A stretch of DNA of 64,000 nucleotides from an uncultured virus (IMG/VR IMGVR_UViG_3300021399_000142) (taxonomy: Duplodnaviria > Heunggongvirae > Uroviricota > Caudoviricetes), in IMG/VR virus record IMGVR_UViG_3300021399_000142, one strand, 5' to 3'. Position numbers and translations under genes: made by a program. A model generated the notes under the pieces. The model had not been told where the DNA came from and made no database searches. It saw only the letters and a program-made list of their open reading frames with translations. Positions 28,388 through 36,926 of the stretch are shown here, one piece after another (position 1 is the stretch's first letter; every line of letters begins with the position of its first letter).

Positions 28388-29866
28388 TTACGTTAAGATA
28401 ATAATAGGACAGATCGAGCATTTAACTGTGTCTCTAATAGACCATGCAATTCCCTCTATACCAGCCATGCAATAGAATGAATGACCTGTCGAATCTGCTA
28501 AATCTCTAAGAAGTACTCCGCCTCCTTCATTTGAAGAAACAGGATTGCTTTGACCAAAATTTCTAAGAAATACGTTCGCAAAAGATTCATTTTGAAATAT
28601 TTTTAATTGCCTGTTAGCTTCTGTTGGAGCGTGACTCGTTGATACTATCTTACTTCCATATACTTGGTTTTCACTCATTAAATAAGCATACATAGGATTA
28701 TCTGTAGCCGCACCTGCCTCATACCCTATTTTATGAGTGGCAACTATTGAACCACTAAATAATTCTCGTAAAATAGAAGTGCAATCTCCACTTAACCAAG
28801 CAAACATATTAGTGTCAGCAAAGTCATCTGCCCCACCCATTGCGCGTGGTGCGAAACCTAAAACAATAGCCACCCAGTGAGGGTCACTAGGAGTATATAT
28901 GTCACCGGCGATGGTTGAAAAGTAATTATAATGAGCTAATACGGCTACATAAGTAATCCCGTTGGAGATCTTTTTGATATAATTACCAGGTTGATATTTG
29001 TCAATATTATCACTAAATTCCCCATTATCAAAATCTTCAGTAATATCTACATAATGATTTTGCGTTTTATATAATAATTGAGTATAAGCATTATATAGTG
29101 CAGCCTGACTTGCAGCAATCCCTCCTGTACCGGCTCCTCCTCCAGACTCAAGTACACCGTATTTATTGCTCAACTTAACGTGACCATACTGACTCGCATT
29201 TCCTAATCCATATCCCGCACTATTTGACGCATGAGACGCAAGACTAAATGATGTACCTGTCAAACTTAGTCCCGCTCCAGCGGTGTATCTTGTATCAACA
29301 GAGGTATATGTCTGGGTTCCTGCACTAGTTAAACGACCTTTCGAGTCAACTGTGAATTTAGGAATTACAATAGTAGAACCATTAGAGCCAGTCACGTCCG
29401 CGAGGGGTCCATATGTACCCGCAGAGACTGTAGTGTTTGTAAGGTCAATATTATTACTTGCATTAATACTAATATTTGAACTGCTATTGTAAGTAGTGTC
29501 TTGAGGAATATCCCAAGTTCCATCACCTTTTAAAAATTTTGTATTATCTTCTGTTGTTGGAGCAGGAACGAAGCCAGCCTCTCCATTATTTGTAGGTGTG
29601 GCACCTGTCATACTTAAATCAATATGTGAAACGGTACCAGCACCATTTGTTAGTCTTATCTTTTCATTGTCTTTCGCAACTTGTGAAAGATATTCTGTTA
29701 TATCTTTATCATTCTTATCACTTACCGCTTTATCTGCGCTTTTTGCTTTAAATGCGGTTGCTTCAGTTTCAAGACCATCAATGTTTTGGTAATCAACCCC
29801 GATGTCTTTTCTCAAATAAGAGCCATCAGCTTGTTTGATACCTATTTGTTTTATTGTATCAGCCAT
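28388..29866 (-). CDS. Tail fibre paralogue (shared N-terminal ~260 aa, unrelated C-terminus)
   Basis: N-terminus aligns by eye with 27009-28331 (KDIGVDYQN.DGLETEAT, TKFLKGDGTW, YGHVKLS). Confidence 0.75.
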   Translation of the reverse strand: MADTIKQIGIKQADGSYLRKDIGVDYQNIDGLETEATAFKAKSADKAVSDKNDKDITEYLSQVAKDNEKIRLTNGAGTVSHIDLSMTGATPTNNGEAGFVPAPTTEDNTKFLKGDGTWDIPQDTTYNSSSNISINASNNIDLTNTTVSAGTYGPLADVTGSNGSTIVIPKFTVDSKGRLTSAGTQTYTSVDTRYTAGAGLSLTGTSFSLASHASNSAGYGLGNASQYGHVKLSNKYGVLESGGGAGTGGIAASQAALYNAYTQLLYKTQNHYVDITEDFDNGEFSDNIDKYQPGNYIKKISNGITYVAVLAHYNYFSTIAGDIYTPSDPHWVAIVLGFAPRAMGGADDFADTNMFAWLSGDCTSILRELFSGSIVATHKIGYEAGAATDNPMYAYLMSENQVYGSKIVSTSHAPTEANRQLKIFQNESFANVFLRNFGQSNPVSSNEGGGVLLRDLADSTGHSFYCMAGIEGIAWSIRDTVKCSICPIIILT

Positions 29867-29887
29867 CACATTTTTCCCTTTCTTTTA

Positions 29888-30514
29888 TTAGTTTATTTTA
29901 TTAACTATTGAGGTTCTAAGAGATGTTCTTCCATCATCATCAGTTCCTTTTGTAATTGTTTTTTCAGAAATAACTATATCTGAACCAATCTGTGTATCAG
30001 ATGTGCTAGATAAATCTTTTCTAAAACATAAAATCTCTTTGGTAACAATTCTATCATAAGGCTTGATTTTTAAAGCCTGTTCAGCATCATCAAAAGCATA
30101 AAGCTCTGTTTTATCCATTAAAAGAGAATAGGAACCATCCTCTTCTAATCGGAAGCTAGTTCCACCAGAAGCTGAGTCAGGAAAATATATTTCTACTCCA
30201 TCGAAGTAAAAATCCTCAGTTGCGGTAGATCCACTATAATCACTTGCAAACAAAATATAGTATCCATTTGAAGAGACTGATGAAATGTCACCATTATAAA
30301 ACTTGGTTGTTGTGTACTTAATATTTGTTGTATCATCCACCCAAGCTAATTGAAGACTGTCCAACCCCATAATAGATTGCTCTTCAAGATTATTATTATG
30401 AGTGTTAAGCAGTGCACCAACATATCTTTGTTCTGCACCTAATTTAACAGGAGTCTCAAATTCGCCAGAAGTTTTTCGTCTTACTTCTGTTATTACAGGT
30501 TTTTCGTATGCCAT
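29888..30514 (-). CDS. Putative tail/baseplate protein
   Basis: 208 aa, AGGAGG RBS, position in the tail module. Confidence 0.5.
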   Translation of the reverse strand: MAYEKPVITEVRRKTSGEFETPVKLGAEQRYVGALLNTHNNNLEEQSIMGLDSLQLAWVDDTTNIKYTTTKFYNGDISSVSSNGYYILFASDYSGSTATEDFYFDGVEIYFPDSASGGTSFRLEEDGSYSLLMDKTELYAFDDAEQALKIKPYDRIVTKEILCFRKDLSSTSDTQIGSDIVISEKTITKGTDDDGRTSLRTSIVNKIN

Positions 30515-30562
30515 TTTTGTCCTCCTTCTTTTTTATGAACAAATACTTGGTTCATCACTATT

Positions 30563-30603
30563 ATTTGCAAAGAAACAGTAGTAAATGAACTAATTTTGAC
30601 CAA
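30563..30603 (-). promoter_or_regulatory. Putative phage late promoter motif
   Basis: TTGGTCAA-N25-TTGCAAAT on the - strand. Confidence 0.55.
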
Positions 30604-30658
30604 ATAATAAATGCGGAAATGGGACCAGTCCCTTTCCTTTTAGGACTGGTCCCTCCGC
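30604..30658 (-). terminator. Terminator hairpin
   Basis: GCGGA..GGGACCAGTCC/GGACTGGTCCC.TCCGC stem with an A/T-rich tail. Confidence 0.6.
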
Positions 30659-30660
30659 TC

Positions 30661-33600
30661 TTAATATAATGCTTTTATTTGAGTTTCTACTAGCCATAAA
30701 CCATTTTCCATTGGTGAAGTAGAATAATCAGGGTTTTGAGGAATAATTTTTCCCGATATAGCATCAACCTTTGAAGTATCCATGATTATAACTTGAGTAG
30801 GTTCAGCAACAGCTGCCGCAATATTAGTAATTACAACCCACTTCTCATGTACATAATCGTAAGTATAAATACTTCTTTCTTCAGCTGAAGTTCCAGCTGC
30901 AGGTTTAATAATTAAATAAGCCCAACCGCGTTCTTCTGAAGTATTGCCTGCCATATTCTCAGGAGGGACTCCATCAACCAAATAATCTTGATAAGTTTCT
31001 CCTTCGTTCAATGTATATGAGCCAATGATATGTAAACCACCAGGTTCGCCCTTTACATAACCTAAGTCAAACCAATCTTCTCTTAATTCGTAAACAACAT
31101 TATGAATGTAATAAGTTTTAGTTGAATTGACTGTAGTATCAGAAGTAAGCACATAAGTGTTGTTATATGGTATTAATTCATACCAACCTTCTGTGTTTGG
31201 ATTTTCAGTTCCCGTAGGGGTTACTTCACTATAAGGTTTTGCTGGGTCTTCTTTCGTGAACTTCTGACTAGTATAACTCCAGATTTTGTTCTTCTTAGAG
31301 TCCGCTGAATAATACTTATCTCTTAACCAATGTCTATATGCAGGGTCGCTATATAATACCAGCAAGTGGTTTTGAGGAGTATTAGGGGCAGCCTCATCAT
31401 AAGTAGTAACAATAGCTTCCATGATATAATTTAAAGGAGCGCCAATTACACTTGTATCTTTTGTTCCTGGAATTGTCTCAGTATTATATGTAATTTGGAT
31501 TCTTTGATCTCCACTGCCTTCGCCTTCAAAGTCATACTGGCTATTTTCTTTTACGCCTGTTCTCACCTTAACATCAGTTAAATATTTGATTTTAATATTG
31601 GTATAACCGCTATTAGGAGCTTCTTGTCCATCGCTATACCAGAAATGAATTGTACCATCAGTGTCAATAGTAACATGATCGATAAACTTTATATGGTGAG
31701 TATATGTATTAGTGTCAACATTCCAACCGCTTTTTGGCTCATATAAGCCGTTGGTAACTTTATCAACAAAATTACTTTCAGTAACAGTACTATCATATGA
31801 ATATTGTCCAATGTTGTTCTTTGTATAATATTTTTTCTCACGACTAAAACTGTCCCCGCTTGATACTTGCACAAAGCCATTAACATTATTATTAAAAGTA
31901 ATAACAATTTCACCATTCTGCTTTATGATTGTATCTGTAAGCCAAGGAATTATAGTTGCGTATTCACCTTTCTCTACGTCAGTATAAATACTCTGGTCGT
32001 AGTATAAATTATTATTATATAAGAACTTTAACACGCCATCAGCGGAAAGATTTGCTACTTTAGGCCAAGTAATATCTGTTTCCCATACTGCATGAGCAAC
32101 TCCATTTGAGTCTGTCCAAGTCCCAGTCTGGTTTTCTACTGAGTCATTATTAAAAATAACTCTAAAGTGACCTGCATTTACATTATTGCCCTCTGGGTCG
32201 AATACAGTCGGATTATCAATATTGGCAAGTGCTACCGACTCAACCCAATCGATTGCTTTATTAAAAGTTTGCTGCTTGTGCGTTATCCCATCGCTCTCAA
32301 ATGTATTATAAGTGAAAACAATTGTACCATTTTCAAGCACATCTACACTCTCATACCACTGAATTGGTTGATTTTCATTAATAGCGCTATCTTCATCAGC
32401 ATTGTAACTAACCCAAAGATAGCCATCATCCGCCAACCAAATCTTTCTAACGGTATTGTAGTCACCTAGTTTAATTATTTCATAATCAGAACCATCTTCG
32501 TGGTCATCATACCAAGTCTGACGGTATCTAAACTGTAACATATAAGTATCATCAATCTTAGCATAATATGTTGCACCAGGTTGACTTGCTTTTCTTGCTG
32601 CTACAACAACAGAGCTATCATTATAAGGATAAACACAATCGTGCTCAAACTTTGCATCATCTAAGATAACATATGTTGTATTATCTGCAATACCTACAGG
32701 TTCTTGCGTCAAATCTGTAGAACCCCATAAATTTGCTTCTGGTCTAATTTTTGTAGGAACAATCTCTAATTGAGTTTGTGCGTCACCCTTAATACCTTGT
32801 GGCACTGTTAATTTCCATCTTCTATAAAATGGGTGCCCAGTGTCTCCATGGGTAGGCTCACGATCTGAGGTATTCATTCCGTTATCAACAAATAATACAA
32901 AATTATCTGCGTCACGGATTGGAGTACCAATTAGACTAGCATCTGTAATCCTACCAAGAGCCAAATCTTCTTCTGTGTAGTAAGGACTTCTCTTTATACT
33001 TGTAATCTCAGGCACAAGATAAGGGAATGTAAAACCAATTAAAGCACCTGTGATATTTCCATGGTCATCTCTAACAGTAGCCCAAGCGTAGTCAATATCA
33101 TCATTAAAAGCTGTAGTTCCGGAAGTGGAAGTATACTTACCAGGAACAATACCATCTTGAGCATTTCCTTCAGTCATATCATATGTTCTTACCTGTGATT
33201 CTGTACGAGTAAGAACATCTTTGACAGTAGTCATACCTAACTTTGGAGAATGTCCTGAAGGTCCAACTACTTGTCCGATATATTCTGCGCCACCAAGGTC
33301 TCCATCATAATTCATACCTCTGCGGTAAACCTTACCATTATCTGGGTTAGTGTTTTCACCTATTCCAAACATAGTATCAATCATTACATATTCACCATAG
33401 CCTACTTCAGATAGGGTAATGCCACCTTTTTCAAAGCATTGTTTCATACCTTCCGCATATTCCACCGCGAGTGGTGTGGATGTAACTCCGCTCTGAGATA
33501 CTACTGTTGTAGCACCATCTTTAGGAATTGAACCCCAACCTGGATAGTTGGCATAGTTATCTACAGTTCTCTCAATCAAAGGAACGTAGAAGAAATCGTC

Positions 33601-33726
33601 TTCGTCCTTAGCAAACCAGCCTACGCGGTAAACTGTTTTGTCTGGAATGTCAAGACCATCAAATCTTTTTACAATTACAAAGGACGCACCCTGACGTCCT
33701 CCATAAAAGCTTTCAAAACTACTCAT
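30661..33726 (-). CDS. Large tail/baseplate structural protein
   Basis: 1021 aa, acidic and beta-rich with repeated (D/N)GxxxFxYN units; tail module. Confidence 0.6.
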   Translation of the reverse strand: MSSFESFYGGRQGASFVIVKRFDGLDIPDKTVYRVGWFAKDEDDFFYVPLIERTVDNYANYPGWGSIPKDGATTVVSQSGVTSTPLAVEYAEGMKQCFEKGGITLSEVGYGEYVMIDTMFGIGENTNPDNGKVYRRGMNYDGDLGGAEYIGQVVGPSGHSPKLGMTTVKDVLTRTESQVRTYDMTEGNAQDGIVPGKYTSTSGTTAFNDDIDYAWATVRDDHGNITGALIGFTFPYLVPEITSIKRSPYYTEEDLALGRITDASLIGTPIRDADNFVLFVDNGMNTSDREPTHGDTGHPFYRRWKLTVPQGIKGDAQTQLEIVPTKIRPEANLWGSTDLTQEPVGIADNTTYVILDDAKFEHDCVYPYNDSSVVVAARKASQPGATYYAKIDDTYMLQFRYRQTWYDDHEDGSDYEIIKLGDYNTVRKIWLADDGYLWVSYNADEDSAINENQPIQWYESVDVLENGTIVFTYNTFESDGITHKQQTFNKAIDWVESVALANIDNPTVFDPEGNNVNAGHFRVIFNNDSVENQTGTWTDSNGVAHAVWETDITWPKVANLSADGVLKFLYNNNLYYDQSIYTDVEKGEYATIIPWLTDTIIKQNGEIVITFNNNVNGFVQVSSGDSFSREKKYYTKNNIGQYSYDSTVTESNFVDKVTNGLYEPKSGWNVDTNTYTHHIKFIDHVTIDTDGTIHFWYSDGQEAPNSGYTNIKIKYLTDVKVRTGVKENSQYDFEGEGSGDQRIQITYNTETIPGTKDTSVIGAPLNYIMEAIVTTYDEAAPNTPQNHLLVLYSDPAYRHWLRDKYYSADSKKNKIWSYTSQKFTKEDPAKPYSEVTPTGTENPNTEGWYELIPYNNTYVLTSDTTVNSTKTYYIHNVVYELREDWFDLGYVKGEPGGLHIIGSYTLNEGETYQDYLVDGVPPENMAGNTSEERGWAYLIIKPAAGTSAEERSIYTYDYVHEKWVVITNIAAAVAEPTQVIIMDTSKVDAISGKIIPQNPDYSTSPMENGLWLVETQIKALY

Positions 33727-33741
33727 TTATATGCGTCCTCC

Positions 33742-34602
33742 TTATACGTTATCATACATATAATCTAAAATAAAAGGGTCAATTTTATAAATCTTTGTCG
33801 TACCAAAAAAACATTTACAATCAATCGCCTTGTATCTAGCTTCTTTTTGTTCAATGGTTAATGTAGGGTCATTTTCAATCTCTTCCACCGCCGCATTAAC
33901 CTGTGCTTTCCAACCTTCTACTGAAGTAGCATCAGATGCATCTTGGTTTAATTCTTCTGCTGCATTAACAACAGAAAAGAAGTTCACAGGAAGAACACCG
34001 TTTTTAACTTCATAAATTCCACTGCGGGAAACGTGCATTTCTTCACCATTGACACATAAAGTTAAACCTGGGTGACTCTGTACTCCAATTTTTAATAGTG
34101 AAACGCCATTCGCAATTTTACTGTCAATGATACTATTTATTACGCCCAATTGCTGATAGGCAATTTTAGGAGTTCTTGCAAACTGACGATAATCAGCAAT
34201 CGTTCTTTGTAACTGAAATAGAATAGTATCAAATTGAGCGACAGGATGAAAGATAAACTCAACGCTAACCCACTCTTCACGATCTCCGCCGCGGATTGTC
34301 ACCTGCTTAACGAATTGTTCTACTTCTTCTGTTCCTGTTGACTCATAATTTACTAATTTAATAGTAAAAACTTGCGAGTCTGTCATTCTCTTTACTTGCC
34401 CTCTAAAATAATAATATTCATAGGGACTAAGGTTTAAGCCAGTGATACACTCATCTACGAAAGGATTGAGCGAGCCTCCAATTACCCCCATATCTCCGGG
34501 GTTGCCACGTCTAGCAACAACTCCAGATTTTATAGGAGTGATATAAGAGGAATCATCCCCGATAGTGCTTGTGTGATTATATTGTCCAATAATATAACTC
34601 AA
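33742..34602 (-). CDS. Putative baseplate/tail protein
   Basis: 286 aa, TTG start with AGGAGG RBS. Confidence 0.55.
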   Translation of the reverse strand: MSYIIGQYNHTSTIGDDSSYITPIKSGVVARRGNPGDMGVIGGSLNPFVDECITGLNLSPYEYYYFRGQVKRMTDSQVFTIKLVNYESTGTEEVEQFVKQVTIRGGDREEWVSVEFIFHPVAQFDTILFQLQRTIADYRQFARTPKIAYQQLGVINSIIDSKIANGVSLLKIGVQSHPGLTLCVNGEEMHVSRSGIYEVKNGVLPVNFFSVVNAAEELNQDASDATSVEGWKAQVNAAVEEIENDPTLTIEQKEARYKAIDCKCFFGTTKIYKIDPFILDYMYDNV

Positions 34603-34628
34603 CGTAGTATCCTCCTTTTATATCTATA

Positions 34629-36914
34629 TTAAATTCTATCTAATGCGCGGGAAGCAGATATACTCATATTCCCACTAGGACTTAAAGGTAATGTAATAGA
34701 ATTAATAACATAATCTCCGCTTATTCCTGCTTTTCTATCTTTTACAGTAATCCTTCTATTAACATCAAGATAGTAAATAGGAACGCACTGTATTGAAATA
34801 CTCTCATTATATGTTGTATACTGATACAAAAAATCTCTAATAGTTTCTTGTGCAGAGTATCCTGCTGTACCAATAGCCAACTTAGCATAAATCTCAGGTT
34901 CGACAATGGAATGCGGTTGACCAGACTCATCACATTTTTCAGCGATTGAGTACTTGTAATCATCAGACATATCTTGGTCGATAATAATATAGTTAGGTAC
35001 TGTATTATTATAAAGCCTTGTGATTTTATCTTGCTGATAAGAATAAATTTTTGGATTAATATCATCAACTGCAATCCCATATAACCTGTCTGTTGGTTCA
35101 AGATAATCCAAAAAATAAGTTAGTGAATTAGGTTTGTGTGTAATATCGGCTTTGAACCGCCCCTCGAAAATGAATGTTCCGTCAGATTTATAATAACCCC
35201 ATTCATAAATATTATCAAACAAGTCCAATAATTCTTGTTGATATATATCAGGGCGGCCGCCGCCTTTTGCCACTTCAAGACCTTGTAAATACAACTCAGC
35301 TCGCCAATCATTTGGGGTATAATTAACTCCATTTTCTCCTTCTCTTGCAAGTCTAATTTTACCTGTGTACTGTCCGCTATCTTCATCTTTTAAGAACACA
35401 ACCTGTCGAGTTTGCATCTCTGTTGGTTGGTCTTTAATAACCAAATGATAATGAATAGCTAAGCCATCTGCATTTTTACCCCAGATATGATAATCATTCT
35501 TAAGGTTCATAAAATTTGGAGAATTTGAATAAGAAGTAATTAAGCCATTTCCTTCTTCAAAAGTATATATCGACTTTTGGTCTGCGCAAAGGTCGATTCT
35601 GTAATTATCAGTTCCAATAATTCGTAAACTGTTTGTATTTATATCATAATCTCTACTATTATCTAAATAGAAAGTCTGTGTTTCATTTTGAATTTCTGTT
35701 GGCACATAAGAGGTGTTTAAATAATTCTTAATCTCTTGGAATACAAAGTTTCCATCAATATCATAGAAATATTCATAATTGCCAAGAGTAGTTTTGATTT
35801 TTTCTAAAACCGAACCAACATTATCTCCTATGTTAGTAATCAGCTGACCTGGGTAAGTGAAATCTGTATATGTATATCCTACATCTTCATTATACCCATA
35901 TTCTTGCCAAGTTCCTTCTTGAGTAAGATATAGTTCATCTATTGTATACTGACCTGTTGAAGTATTATGATATAGTGGAGCCTTGCCGACATATCTCACT
36001 AATTGCTTAATCTCTCTTGGAATGTCATTAATAATAACGCGGGAAGGGCTCTCCCCTCCATAATTTACAACAGCAGTATAGATTATATCATAAATAAGTT
36101 GAGGAACTGAAATCGTCTCCCCAACGGTGGAATTGTCTGACTCTTTCCACCCATACTCTCTAGTCCAAGTATAATACTGATTACCATATTTATAAACTGT
36201 ATAATTATTTGGAGTCAATTCCGAATCTGTTCTAGGGTCTCGAGAACAAACTAGTTCGCCTATTACCTGATTATATTCATGGAAAGTAACACTAGTTGGC
36301 AGTCCTCCGCCCATTTCTCCATTTAATAAGCACATCTTATCTTTGCAACTAAGACTAATTACACAGCCATCTGTTGTGTGACTAAGACTGGGCTGATTAA
36401 TAACAAAAACTCCAAGCGGGAACCAGACTAAATCTTTGTCATATTCATATATAGAACCAATCTGTTGATAGCTACGCCCAACCCATTTCCAATAGGTCAT
36501 TGTACTTCTATCTACGTAAATTTTACCTATTTGACCAATTGCAGGAAAACCGTGTGCAAAAGGATTGTTGTTATCCCATACGGTATCTTCCTTATCCTCG
36601 TAATAATAAATATCTTGAGAATAATCAATCCATTTTTCTATCCCTACTGCAATTTTAATTTTTTTATTGATAGAAAGAAAATTTTCAATGTTGGTTAAAT
36701 CATTATCAGCTTCTTGCGCGAGAACTGAAATTGTACAAGTTCTGCGGACACTTGAACTACCATTTATCGAGATGGAAGAGCCATCTAAGACTCTTCCCTC
36801 GATTGATTTGATTGGTCTATCTAATTTATCAAGAACAATAATTCTTGCATAGTAAAATTTGTTTCTTTCGCCATCCAAGGTTTTAAGGAAAGCTGCATCT
36901 TGTATTTTGCTCAT
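34629..36914 (-). CDS. Baseplate hub / Tal-like tail protein (DUF5048-like)
   Basis: SISINGSSSVRRTC, WFPLGVFVI, DKMCLLNG, YEYFYDIDGNFVFQ, YYLDVN...GDYVINSITLPL. Confidence 0.65.
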   Translation of the reverse strand: MSKIQDAAFLKTLDGERNKFYYARIIVLDKLDRPIKSIEGRVLDGSSISINGSSSVRRTCTISVLAQEADNDLTNIENFLSINKKIKIAVGIEKWIDYSQDIYYYEDKEDTVWDNNNPFAHGFPAIGQIGKIYVDRSTMTYWKWVGRSYQQIGSIYEYDKDLVWFPLGVFVINQPSLSHTTDGCVISLSCKDKMCLLNGEMGGGLPTSVTFHEYNQVIGELVCSRDPRTDSELTPNNYTVYKYGNQYYTWTREYGWKESDNSTVGETISVPQLIYDIIYTAVVNYGGESPSRVIINDIPREIKQLVRYVGKAPLYHNTSTGQYTIDELYLTQEGTWQEYGYNEDVGYTYTDFTYPGQLITNIGDNVGSVLEKIKTTLGNYEYFYDIDGNFVFQEIKNYLNTSYVPTEIQNETQTFYLDNSRDYDINTNSLRIIGTDNYRIDLCADQKSIYTFEEGNGLITSYSNSPNFMNLKNDYHIWGKNADGLAIHYHLVIKDQPTEMQTRQVVFLKDEDSGQYTGKIRLAREGENGVNYTPNDWRAELYLQGLEVAKGGGRPDIYQQELLDLFDNIYEWGYYKSDGTFIFEGRFKADITHKPNSLTYFLDYLEPTDRLYGIAVDDINPKIYSYQQDKITRLYNNTVPNYIIIDQDMSDDYKYSIAEKCDESGQPHSIVEPEIYAKLAIGTAGYSAQETIRDFLYQYTTYNESISIQCVPIYYLDVNRRITVKDRKAGISGDYVINSITLPLSPSGNMSISASRALDRI

Positions 36915-36926
36915 TTTAATTCCTCC

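Noticed and set aside
27009..29869. Diversity-generating retroelement or invertible shufflon at the tail fibres
   Set aside because: No reverse transcriptase or invertase is present. The repeats are direct and N-terminal, and differences are not adenine-specific.
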